Below are positions 8,539 through 16,721 of a stretch of 30,644 nucleotides of DNA, piece after piece. The notes under the pieces are model-generated. The model made no database searches, had not been told where the DNA came from, and saw only the letters and a list, made by a program, of their open reading frames with translations. Both the position numbers and the translations under genes were made by a program. The stretch spans positions 1 through 30,644 of IMG/VR virus record IMGVR_UViG_3300044733_003453; one strand, 5' to 3'. Position 1 is the first letter of the stretch. Every line of letters starts with the position of its first letter. The stretch comes from a virus (lineage: Duplodnaviria > Caudoviricetes).

Positions 8539-9023
8539 GCGGCTGCACCAGTAGCAAGAATGCGCCTGAGCTTTTCAATTGGCTGCAAGTCTTTCTGTGG
8601 AACGAAATATGCTGGATCTCTGCCACCGTGCCCTTTTAGCCATTTTGATTGTTTGGCATCAGCGCCAAGCATGTAACCCCTAACTTGATAAGCCGGAAAA
8701 GACCCGGTTACAAGCACAAAGTAATAGTCGTCTCGATCGCTTGGCCTAACAAGCAAATCAAACCAATCCTGTGATCTAGTTTTAACCTGTACGCAGCAGC
8801 CAATATCTGGTTTGTCAAAATGATTTAGCGTTGCCGGCCAGTGCGTATTTAAGGCCTTTGCGGCTGCTTGCTCGCCGCAGGCTCCCTCCATGTGGATTTG
8901 CCATGCCTTGTCAGGATCAGCTCCGTAACGATCTTTTCGGCCTTTCATCACCGAAGATATATGGCGCATGGCTCCAACTTGCGCAGCATTGGCGGCTTCG
9001 GGGAACGTCAGCTTTATCTCCAC
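8535..9023 (-). CDS. hypothetical protein, possible PD-(D/E)XK-fold nuclease
   Basis: GACGEQAAAKAL...KPDIG..VQVKT pattern; GTG start at 9023 after a CACCAC-rich leader; visibly more AT-rich than the flanks. Confidence 0.6.
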   Translation of the reverse strand: MEIKLTFPEAANAAQVGAMRHISSVMKGRKDRYGADPDKAWQIHMEGACGEQAAAKALNTHWPATLNHFDKPDIGCCVQVKTRSQDWFDLLVRPSDRDDYYFVLVTGSFPAYQVRGYMLGADAKQSKWLKGHGGRDPAYFVPQKDLQPIEKLRRILATGAAA

Positions 9024-9044
9024 GGTGCGTGTGTGGTGAATAAC

Positions 9045-9224
9045 AGCCACCGCCCACCCCACTTACTGCCGCCCGGATGGTCATCAACCTGGAACCAGCG
9101 GCAGTCCTCGATGGGACCCGTACAGACCAGAGGCCGATCCCTGCGCTCCTACACACAGGGCACCCACCGCCTGGTCCGGGCAGCGGTCGGCATGATCAGG
9201 GAGCAGAGCTTCGGTGCGGTGGCT
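9045..9224 (-). ncRNA. structured 5' leader / ncRNA candidate
   Basis: Ends pair perfectly (AGCCACCGC 9045-9053 / GCGGTGGCT 9216-9224) and enclose at least three hairpins; begins just after a minus-strand -10 box. Confidence 0.45.
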
Positions 9225-9229
9225 CTCAC

Positions 9230-9267
9230 ATCATACCGTTGCAGTTGCGCAAGCGCAACGCTATGCT
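9230..9267. promoter_or_regulatory. divergent sigma70 promoter pair centred on the palindrome TTGCAGTTGCGCAAGCGCAA (9239-9258)
   Basis: Plus strand TTGCAG(9239)-17-TATGCT(9262); minus strand TTGCGC(9258)-17-TATGAT(9235). Confidence 0.78.
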
Positions 9268-9295
9268 GGCAATCAGCACCGCACGCGCCGCACCA

Positions 9296-9631
9296 ATGCC
9301 CACCTGGCCCCCAGTCGCCGGTAAACGATCCATCTTCCTGGAACTACCCCCACAACACCTCGCGCACCTCGACGCACAGGCCAAATACGAAGGCTGCAGC
9401 AGAGCCGCATACCTCCGCCGACTGGTGGTCACCGACCGCGACCGCGAGCCGACTCACGCCTCAATCATCCCCTGCCCGCCAGGCGACAACCCCCGCGCTG
9501 CCACCTTCGAGATGCTCGACACCCTCGTTGATCACCTCGACCTCCAAGCCTCCCGCCACGACTGCAGCCGCGCCGCTTTCATCCGTCACCTGATCGCCCG
9601 CGATATCCGCCGGCAGGGCGCAGCACGCTGA
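9296..9631 (+). CDS. tandem ribbon-helix-helix (CopG/Arc-like) regulator
   Basis: Two repeats: SIFLELPPQHLAHLDAQAKYEGCSRAAYLRRLV and AATFEMLDTLVDHLDLQASRHDCSRAAFIRHLI; ATG at 9296. Confidence 0.8.
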   Translation: MPTWPPVAGKRSIFLELPPQHLAHLDAQAKYEGCSRAAYLRRLVVTDRDREPTHASIIPCPPGDNPRAATFEMLDTLVDHLDLQASRHDCSRAAFIRHLIARDIRRQGAAR

Positions 9632-9634
9632 GCG

Positions 9635-10036
9635 ATGAGCGATTACCCCTCGCTTCATGACTGCCCCAAGTGCGGCCACCCTTGCGATTTCAACCCTAGG
9701 CCAGACACCCAGCATTGGGGATCAATCCGCTGCCAGCAGCACGGCTTCCTGTGGATTCCTAAGCCATCCGAAGACCGCAAGCCACGGCGGAAAACGAATG
9801 AGTGCCTCAAGCATCTGCTGCCTGAGGCCATGCGGTCGCATTGCTGGCACTGCATGCGCCAAGAGGATCACCTCAAGCTCTTGCGGCCTTCGGTGTGCCT
9901 GCAGGTGCACCACATCATCGAGGTGAAGCATGGCGGCACTGACGACCCGGCAAACCTTCAACTGGTCTGCGCTGAGTGCCACGCAGAGATCCACCGGCGC
10001 CGTGAGGCGTTCGCTCGTTACCAGACCCGCAACTGA
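9635..10036 (+). CDS. Zn-finger plus HNH endonuclease
   Basis: CPKCG...C..H N-terminus; CWHC..LQVHHIIEVKHGGTDDPANLQLVCAECHAEIH. Confidence 0.88.
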   Translation: MSDYPSLHDCPKCGHPCDFNPRPDTQHWGSIRCQQHGFLWIPKPSEDRKPRRKTNECLKHLLPEAMRSHCWHCMRQEDHLKLLRPSVCLQVHHIIEVKHGGTDDPANLQLVCAECHAEIHRRREAFARYQTRN

Positions 10037-10038
10037 CG

Positions 10039-12378
10039 ATGCCAACGCTCCTAGAACAGCTCCAGGAGCTCCCAGCATCCTGGGGACTCGTTGCCGTCAG
10101 CGGCAACAAGCGGCCATACCTAGACAACTGGCAAGCCAATCCCCTCACCAAGGAGCAAGCCGCCAAAGAGATCACCATTGGCAGCGAAATCGAGTTCAAG
10201 GTAGGAGATAAGACTGAGAAGAGGATCGTTAAGGCCAAAGCCATCGGCGTCATCGCTGGCCCGCTTTCAGGCGGCCTCCTGTTCCTAGATCACGACGGCA
10301 TATCAGCGACTGAGCAGCTCGAAAAACTAGGCATCCCGCCCCGCAGCCTCCCCAAAACCGCCACCTGCACCTCTGGCCGCGATGGCCGCTTTCAGGTGCT
10401 GTTCACGGTGCCTGAGCGCTACTGGCCCAGGATGCGTAACCGCCGCGTCTTCGACACTGGCAAGGTGGACGCTGACGGCAAGGCTGAGCAGCTCGACCTT
10501 CGCTGGAATCGTCACCAGTCCGTCGTCATCGGCGCTCACCCCATCACCGGCAGCTACCGCTGGATCAAAGGCCGATCACCCGCAGAAGCCGGGGTTGCTG
10601 AGGCACCAGAATCTCTGATCGCCCTGTTATTCGAGGATCCCGAGCCGCAACCCACACCGCTGCTTACTGCCGCACCTCAACCCACCATCCCAGCAACCCT
10701 GCCGTTGCTGGACTTCATCACTCTTGACAGCCGTACTCTCGTTGAAACCGGCGGCACGCCTGGTCAGTGGAATGACGATCAGCTCAAGCTGGCCCTCGAC
10801 CTGCAGGGTACCGAGCAATGGATCATCGATCAGGGCCATCGCCCCGACATCACAGCGGCTGAGGCCTTTGAGCAGCACATCTCAGCAGCTCAGGCCAAGG
10901 CCAGGGACTTCGACGCACGCAAGGCCCGCAAGCGCTTCGATGGCGCGGCCGCGCACAACCCACACCCCGGCACCCCCCTCGACAAGCTCGAATCACGGCT
11001 GAGGTTCCACACCCGGACTGCCAGGCCGGCGCTGCCGCCTAGAACCACTGCTCTGGCTTCCTCGCCTAACGCTAAGACGATCGGTGAACTGGAGTCGGAA
11101 CTAAAGGAAGCACGATCCACGCTCAAGGGGCTCCAACCAAGCTCGCCAGATTTCGAGCGCACAAAGGCGAAGATCAAAGGCCTGGCCAAGCAGGTCTCTG
11201 AACTCAACCAAGGAATCTCGTCATCACCCGGCAAGCTGCAGCCCGTGGACGCAGCTGAGCTGCTCACCATGCTTCGCGCACAGGCTGGCTCCGACCGGAT
11301 CCGGTTCAACCGATTCAGCCAACAGATCGAGATGGACGGCGCCGTGCTGGAAGGCGCCGAGCGGTTCTACCTCTCGCTCGCCGAGCAGGGCTACAAGGTC
11401 TCGAAGGAGCTCGCGGTGGACTGCCTGGTCCAGGTGGCGCACGAACACCCCTACGACCCCGTGGCGCTCTACCTGGAGCACGTCGCCGCCACGGTTGAGC
11501 CGGCCTACATCGGCGGCCTAGCAAGCGCATACCTCAGGCCCGAAGACGCAGACTTAGGCAAAACCACCATCTACGACCACATGATCCGGTGCACCCTCAT
11601 CGGTGCCGTAAAACGGATCTTTGAGCCGGGCTGCAAACACGATACCGCTTGCGTCCTGATGGGTGAGCAAGGCGCCCGCAAATCATCCTTCTGGTCTGCC
11701 CTCGGCGGCGCGTTCTTTTCTGATGCCCTAGGCGACATCTCCAGCAAAGACGACCTAATGGTTCTGCACCGCTCATGGATCATGGAATGGGCGGAACTCG
11801 ACCACATCATGGGCCGAAAGCACGCCGGCCAGATCAAATCGTTCCTTTCCCAATCAACCGACCTATTCCGCGTGCCCTACGGCAAGGCCACCGAAGCATT
11901 CCCCAGGCGCGGGATCATCGTTGGCTCAACAAACCGCTCAACCGGCTTCCTCCAAGATGACACCGGCAACCGCCGCTTCTGGGTGGTTCCCACAACTTGC
12001 ACCGAAACCAAACCAATCGACACGCCCAACCTTATGGCCGAAAGGGACGCCATCTGGGCTGGTGCTGTCAAGGCCTACCGCGACGGCGAAGCCAACTTCC
12101 TGCCGCCTGAACTGGCCACGATCGTCAGCCAAGAGAACGAAAACTATCAGGTGGAAAACCCGTGGAAGACGCCCATCGTTGACTGGCTGTCCAGGCCCAG
12201 TAATTTCAACGCTGAACTCACATCAGAGACGATCCTCAGCAAAGCCATCGCTAAGCCCACTGAACGGCAGACCCGTGCTGATCAAATGCAGGTGGCCACC
12301 ATTATGCGTGAACTCGGCTACGGCAAGGCTCGGCGTAGCGTTGCTGGTGTCCAACGGTGGGTGTTCACCAAGGGCTGA
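10039..12378 (+). CDS. bifunctional Prim-Pol primase fused to VirE/VapE-like P-loop helicase
   Basis: N-terminal KRPY...AIGVIAG..GLLFLDHDG, QSVVIGAHPITGSYRW (Prim-Pol); PGCKHD..VLMGEQGARKSSF, WIMEWAELD, DLFRVPYG, GSTN..FLQDDTGNRRF (VirE). Confidence 0.9.
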   Translation: MPTLLEQLQELPASWGLVAVSGNKRPYLDNWQANPLTKEQAAKEITIGSEIEFKVGDKTEKRIVKAKAIGVIAGPLSGGLLFLDHDGISATEQLEKLGIPPRSLPKTATCTSGRDGRFQVLFTVPERYWPRMRNRRVFDTGKVDADGKAEQLDLRWNRHQSVVIGAHPITGSYRWIKGRSPAEAGVAEAPESLIALLFEDPEPQPTPLLTAAPQPTIPATLPLLDFITLDSRTLVETGGTPGQWNDDQLKLALDLQGTEQWIIDQGHRPDITAAEAFEQHISAAQAKARDFDARKARKRFDGAAAHNPHPGTPLDKLESRLRFHTRTARPALPPRTTALASSPNAKTIGELESELKEARSTLKGLQPSSPDFERTKAKIKGLAKQVSELNQGISSSPGKLQPVDAAELLTMLRAQAGSDRIRFNRFSQQIEMDGAVLEGAERFYLSLAEQGYKVSKELAVDCLVQVAHEHPYDPVALYLEHVAATVEPAYIGGLASAYLRPEDADLGKTTIYDHMIRCTLIGAVKRIFEPGCKHDTACVLMGEQGARKSSFWSALGGAFFSDALGDISSKDDLMVLHRSWIMEWAELDHIMGRKHAGQIKSFLSQSTDLFRVPYGKATEAFPRRGIIVGSTNRSTGFLQDDTGNRRFWVVPTTCTETKPIDTPNLMAERDAIWAGAVKAYRDGEANFLPPELATIVSQENENYQVENPWKTPIVDWLSRPSNFNAELTSETILSKAIAKPTERQTRADQMQVATIMRELGYGKARRSVAGVQRWVFTKG

Positions 12379-12382
12379 GCAG

Positions 12383-12653
12383 CTGCTAACCATCGCCCTC
12401 CCAGGTCGGCAACTTGCTGACCTCTTTTTTTGTCTCATCCTGGGACCCACCCTGGACTGACGGGATTGCCAACCTGGTCGGCAGAGGTTAGCAGCGGCAA
12501 ATCGGCTGCGGCGCATGGCGTCTTCTACCCTTGCTAACCTTCTAACCTCTTAAGAAGAATTGATAAAAAGAGGGGAGATAGGGGGGTAGGAGGCAGGAAT
12601 AGCCGTTTTCCTGCCTCCTAAGACAAAGGTTGGCAGAGGTTGGAAGTTGGCAA
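12383..12653. repeat. iteron-like repeat cluster (YTGCYRACCT, both orientations) with 13-bp hairpin; replication origin candidate
   Basis: Copies near 12383, 12403, 12466, 12476, 12485, 12531, 12541, 12627, 12637, 12644; TAGGAGGCAGGAA/TTCCTGCCTCCTA stem at 12587-12620; purine/A-rich core. Confidence 0.7.
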
Positions 12654-12695
12654 CCCCCTGGATCCGTTGCCCACCCGCAACACATCCGCTCTCGG

Positions 12696-12705
12696 CAGGC
12701 AAACT
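12696..12705 (+). promoter_or_regulatory. putative late-promoter motif variant CAGGCAAACT
   Basis: 31 bp before the GTG at 12727. Confidence 0.4.
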
Positions 12706-12726
12706 GCAGCAACAGCAACAGACCGG

Positions 12727-13593
12727 GTGACGCTCAGCAAGCTCCAGCTGATCCGCCACAGCCCTGAGCTGTTGGAAATCCGCATCCCATACAGCCACGC
12801 TGATCCGCACGAGTTCCTACTCGCATCAGACATTCACCTCGACAACCCACACTGTGACCGCGAGCTCCTGCGCAAACACCTCAAGCACGTTCAGGGTCGT
12901 GGCGGTCATGCCCTCTTTTTCGGTGACATCCTTTGCCTGATGCAGGGCAAGAAAGACCGTCGTGGCTCCAAGGGCTCCATCCGCCCTGAGCACCTCGGTA
13001 GCAATTACTTCGATCTAGTATTCAGCGAATGCGCGGAATGGCTTAAACCATTCGCGCAAACCATCCTGATGATGAGCGATGGCAACCATGAAACCGCCAT
13101 CATCAACCACAACGAAATCGACCCGCTCGGCAACATGACCCGCCTCATGCGGGATCGCTACAGCTCACCGGTCGAACACATGCGCTACCAAGGCTGGATC
13201 TGGTTCACCTTCTACCGCCCCGGTAAAACCCGTGGTGAACGCATCCGCCGCGTTGCCCTGTTCTTCCATCACGGTGCATGGGGCGGCATCGTGACCAAGG
13301 GCACCCTCGGTGGCATGCGTTATGCAGCCGTCGCAGAGGCCGACCTCTACGTCAACGGTCATAACCACGAACGCACCATCGTTTCCCACCCGTGCTACCG
13401 CCTCACGGCCGCCGGCCGCCAGCGCATCGCACAGCGCTGGCACGTCCAGACCGGCACCTACAAGGAAGAGTTCGCAGAAGGCGCTGGCTGGGCCGTCGAG
13501 CGCATCGTGATGCCTAAATCGCTCGGTGGTGTGTTCCTACGCCTTAGGCCCACCCCAGACGGCGTTGACGTGGCCCTGGAGCCCGCCACCTGA
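12727..13593 (+). CDS. calcineurin-like metallophosphoesterase
   Basis: SDIH, FFGD, GNHE, HHG, GHNH motifs; start trimmed to GTG at 12727. Confidence 0.88.
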   Translation: MTLSKLQLIRHSPELLEIRIPYSHADPHEFLLASDIHLDNPHCDRELLRKHLKHVQGRGGHALFFGDILCLMQGKKDRRGSKGSIRPEHLGSNYFDLVFSECAEWLKPFAQTILMMSDGNHETAIINHNEIDPLGNMTRLMRDRYSSPVEHMRYQGWIWFTFYRPGKTRGERIRRVALFFHHGAWGGIVTKGTLGGMRYAAVAEADLYVNGHNHERTIVSHPCYRLTAAGRQRIAQRWHVQTGTYKEEFAEGAGWAVERIVMPKSLGGVFLRLRPTPDGVDVALEPAT

Positions 13594-13612
13594 TGCGGTT
13601 GCCCAACAGCAA
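13593..13612. promoter_or_regulatory. operator-like palindrome ATGCGGTTGCCCAACAGCAA upstream of terS
   Basis: Matches the recurrent 20-bp palindrome; possible TTGCCC-18-TAAGCT promoter overlaps it. Confidence 0.6.
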
Positions 13613-13655
13613 CGCAACCCGCTAAGCTGTAGGCGATCACCGCACCCGCACACCA

Positions 13656-14123
13656 GTGCCAGCCGGTAGGCCTTCAACGCTCACTGACGAGATCATCGCC
13701 AAGGCGCAGCAGATGGCAGATCTTGGCCTTCCCCATGCCCTCATGGCATCCAGGCTTGGTGTTGCAAAAACAACCTGGGAACGTTGGATTCAGAAAGGCC
13801 GCAATTCTGATGAGTCAACAAATGAAGGCAGATTGTGGGGAGTCATCAATAGGGGCGTTTCCAAAATTGCAGAGTCTTACCTGCAATCCCTTCACGGCCA
13901 AGCTGAATCAGGCAATGTCAACGCCATCACCTGGCTCCTAACGCATCACCCAATTACACGCGATCAGTTCAGCGATGCTGCCGCTGAGCGTCGCGCTGTT
14001 CAACGCACACTTGGCACGGTCGTTCAAGCCATCGAAGCAGCCGACTTGAACGACGATCAACGCACTCGACTGCTGCTGAACCTGCAGGCGCAGGGGCTGG
14101 GTGTCCCCGATGCTGACCGCTGA
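13656..14123 (+). CDS. terS: terminase small subunit
   Basis: GRPSTLT..HTH (MASRLGVAKTTWERW), AITWLL motif; overlaps the terL start. Confidence 0.75.
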   Translation: MPAGRPSTLTDEIIAKAQQMADLGLPHALMASRLGVAKTTWERWIQKGRNSDESTNEGRLWGVINRGVSKIAESYLQSLHGQAESGNVNAITWLLTHHPITRDQFSDAAAERRAVQRTLGTVVQAIEAADLNDDQRTRLLLNLQAQGLGVPDADR

Positions 14124-15699
14124 CCCGATCACAGCAGCACTCGCCAGGGCCAGGCTCGGGCAGCTCACCGTCTCCGCAATCCCACCCACTGCCCCCTACA
14201 CCCGCAGTTTCGGCGACTACATCGCCGCTGTCTTCCCCAGCTTCCCCTTCACCCGCCACACCAACCGCCTCATCGCCATCGCCCAGCGTGTTGCTGATGG
14301 TGAACTGCCACGGCTGATGGTCGAGCTGCCGCCACGGCACTTCAAATCCACCATCTTCAGCCGATTCCTGCCTGGGTACTTCCTCCGCAAGTTCCCCGAT
14401 CGCACCTGGGGCCAGGGCGCCAACACCCAAACGCTCGCTGCAGAGTTCGGCGAGGCGGCACGGGATTACTACCTCGCCTCTGGTGGCACGCTGCACCCCT
14501 CCAGCACCGGCAAAGACCGCTGGAAAACCGCTGGCGGCCTCGGTGGGTTCTGGGCTGCAGGCGTCGGCAAGGGCACCGGCCTGCCGGCTGACTTCCTCAA
14601 CGTGGATGACCCGATCAAGGGCCGCGAGGAGGCCGAATCCGCAGCGTATAGACGTCAGCTCTACAACTGGTGGTCAACCGTCCTGAACACCCGCGAAGAA
14701 CCGGGTGGCATCAAGCTCATCACCCACACCCGCTGGGCAGAGGCCGACCTGATCGGCTGGCTGCTGCAGCAGGTGGAGCAGCTCGAGCGCGACGGCGACG
14801 GCGACGCGGCCGAACCCTGGCATGTGATCAGCCTGCCGATGATCGCTGAACCGGTGATCAAACCACTGCCGGCACTGGTCACCCGCGAGCCTGACGACCG
14901 CGAACCTGGCCAGGCGCTAGACCCCAGCAGATACGACGAGGAATGGGCACGCAAGAAACGCCTCAACACACCCACCCGTGATTGGGAGGCGCTGTACCAG
15001 CAGCGGCCAACACCTGGCAAGGGCACGATCTTCAGTGCGGAGATGTTCCGGTACTACGGCACCGCCGATCGCCCCGGCCAACCCGGTGATGCCACCCTCC
15101 CTGGTCGATTCGTGCGGCGCCTGGCATCGATCGACTGCGCGTTCAAAGACTCAGCCGGCACGGACATGGTGGCCTTCACCCTCTGGGGCCAGGACAGCGC
15201 CGGCCTGTGGCTGTTGGACATGCTCAACCAACGGCTCGACTTCGCCGGCACCATGGACTCCATCGCCGCCCTCTGGCCCCGCTGGGCATTCGGTGAGCTG
15301 CTGGTGGAAGACAAGGCGAACGGTCCGGCAGTGATCTCCACCCTCAAGCGTGCTGCTGCAGGGTTCAGCGTGATCGCTGTGAACCCCATTGGCGGGAAGA
15401 TCGCCCGCGCCAATGCAGCAACGCCTGAGTTCAACCAGGGCCGCGTCTGGCTGCCGCGTAACCACCCGCTGCTATCGGTACTGGTGTCGCAGCTGGTGCG
15501 GTTCCCTGGCGACACGTTCGATGACCTTGTGGACTCCACCACGCAGGCTGTCAACTACGTCCAGGGCACCGGCCCGATGCGCGTCTCCACAGTCCACTAC
15601 GGCCGTGGATCTGGTGCACCGCCACCAGATCCGTTCGCTGATGCCGACACCTTCAAACCCAGGCAGCGCCGGCTCTCCACGACGCCGGGTTTCAGGTGA
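14110..15699 (+). CDS. terL: terminase large subunit
   Basis: RLMVELPPRHFKS (Walker A variant), NVDDPIK (Walker B), THTRW, ALYQQRP, SIDCAFK, VEDKANG, DDLVDS nuclease motifs. Confidence 0.95.
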   Translation: MLTADPITAALARARLGQLTVSAIPPTAPYTRSFGDYIAAVFPSFPFTRHTNRLIAIAQRVADGELPRLMVELPPRHFKSTIFSRFLPGYFLRKFPDRTWGQGANTQTLAAEFGEAARDYYLASGGTLHPSSTGKDRWKTAGGLGGFWAAGVGKGTGLPADFLNVDDPIKGREEAESAAYRRQLYNWWSTVLNTREEPGGIKLITHTRWAEADLIGWLLQQVEQLERDGDGDAAEPWHVISLPMIAEPVIKPLPALVTREPDDREPGQALDPSRYDEEWARKKRLNTPTRDWEALYQQRPTPGKGTIFSAEMFRYYGTADRPGQPGDATLPGRFVRRLASIDCAFKDSAGTDMVAFTLWGQDSAGLWLLDMLNQRLDFAGTMDSIAALWPRWAFGELLVEDKANGPAVISTLKRAAAGFSVIAVNPIGGKIARANAATPEFNQGRVWLPRNHPLLSVLVSQLVRFPGDTFDDLVDSTTQAVNYVQGTGPMRVSTVHYGRGSGAPPPDPFADADTFKPRQRRLSTTPGFR

Positions 15700-15721
15700 T
15701 CACTTACCCACCGCATACGCC

Positions 15722-15901
15722 ATGACCACCACCATCCCCGAAGCCAAAGCGGCCAAGGCCGCGCTTGAGCAGATCATCGCTCATCGCCTGCGCGAGTTCT
15801 CGGCTGAGACCGGCACCACGGTCACCAGCGTGTTCATTGATCCTGTGATCGTGCTGGGTGCTCCCGCCAGCTACCGCGTCGAGGTGGAGGCGAGGTTGTG
15901 A
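15722..15901 (+). CDS. small protein, GnsA/GnsB-like pattern; paralog of 26704-26868
   Basis: EAKAAKAALEQIIAHRLREFSAETGTTVTSV...YRVEVEARL. Confidence 0.6.
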   Translation: MTTTIPEAKAAKAALEQIIAHRLREFSAETGTTVTSVFIDPVIVLGAPASYRVEVEARL

Positions 15902-16236
15902 TGATCACCGCCGCCGAGGTCCTGGAGCGCCACCCGCAAGGCTGCTGGGTGTTCGATGCCACCGGCCGCCAGCTGGATCATGTGTTCGCCTGCGACCCTG
16001 ACACCGGTGAAGTAATCAGGGTGGAGTGGCGCACCACGTTCTGGCAGCGGCTCACCAGGAGACTGCTGCGCTCACCGGACTGGTCCTGGCTGGCTGTCGG
16101 CGCCGACATCCCCACCCGCCACGGGTTCTGGCCTGCGCCGCTGCACATCGTGCCGAAGCCTCACTGGCCTGGTGGCCCCGTGCCCGATGGTCAGGCCTAC
16201 ATCGTTGGCAACGGTGAGCGGGAGGTGGGGCTGTGA
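15898..16236 (+). CDS. hypothetical protein
   Basis: 112-aa ORF translationally coupled on both sides (GTGA overlaps). Confidence 0.65.
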   Translation: MMITAAEVLERHPQGCWVFDATGRQLDHVFACDPDTGEVIRVEWRTTFWQRLTRRLLRSPDWSWLAVGADIPTRHGFWPAPLHIVPKPHWPGGPVPDGQAYIVGNGEREVGL

Positions 16237-16478
16237 TCCGCTCACTGCTGCGGCGGTTCTGGCCGGGTTGGCCCGCACCTCGACCCATCCCGCTGGCAGG
16301 GCGTCGGCCGGATGTGAAAGACACGACCTCGCTTGGGTTCTGCTGGTGGGGTCGTTGGACTGGATACCGCTGGGAGTGGGCCTGGAGCAACGGCCCCTGG
16401 TACGGCGAAAAACACTGGCTGCCCTCCAGCGTTCAGCTGCTGCCCATTCGGTGCTGCCGACCGGAGCCCCACCCATGA
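16233..16478 (+). CDS. hypothetical Trp-rich protein
   Basis: 81 aa with GFCWWG, WEWAW and HWLP; coupled to its neighbours. Confidence 0.6.
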   Translation: MIRSLLRRFWPGWPAPRPIPLAGRRPDVKDTTSLGFCWWGRWTGYRWEWAWSNGPWYGEKHWLPSSVQLLPIRCCRPEPHP

Positions 16479-16721
16479 CCGTAACCACCTTCCCCACCCC
16501 CAACGCATTAGATGATCAGCCGCACGAAATCCTGTGTGACTGCTGCTGCCAGCCCGCTGACTTTGTTGTTTCAGAGTTTGATCCAGCCACGCGCCAATTG
16601 CGAACACTCCATCATTGGTGCGACCGCCACGAACACTGGTGGCAGCGAGCCATCTACAACCTGCGGCGGGTATTGGAAGAACACCGATCATGACCGCAAC
16701 CACCTTCCCCACCCCCACCGC
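16474..16721 (+). repeat. 33-bp imperfect direct repeat (31/33) at 16474-16506 and 16689-16721
   Basis: CATGACCG(T/C)AACCACCTTCCCCACCCCCA(A/C)CGC. Confidence 0.9.
16475..16693 (+). CDS. hypothetical Cys/His-rich protein sharing its N-terminus with the sigma gene
   Basis: MTVTTFPTP...CDCCC...HHWCDRH; ATGA overlaps on both sides. Confidence 0.6.
   Translation: MTVTTFPTPNALDDQPHEILCDCCCQPADFVVSEFDPATRQLRTLHHWCDRHEHWWQRAIYNLRRVLEEHRS

Noticed and set aside
7661-8676. Long alternative-frame ORFs (7661-8626 minus, 7798-8676 plus)
   Set aside because: Shadow ORFs of the GC-rich helicase gene; no motifs, with Arg/Gly/Pro-biased translations
12661-12680. Extra copy of the operator palindrome (GATCCGTTGCCCACCCGCAA)
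   Set aside because: Left arm has four mismatches and it abuts similar-looking iterons; not counted
12640-12726. N-terminal extension of the metallophosphoesterase
   Set aside because: Runs through the iteron cluster and the promoter-like motif; GTG at 12727 is more plausible
14326-14350. TerL Walker A PPRHFKS (F instead of G) as a sign of inactivation
   Set aside because: The catalytic KS and all other motifs are intact and this position varies among terminases
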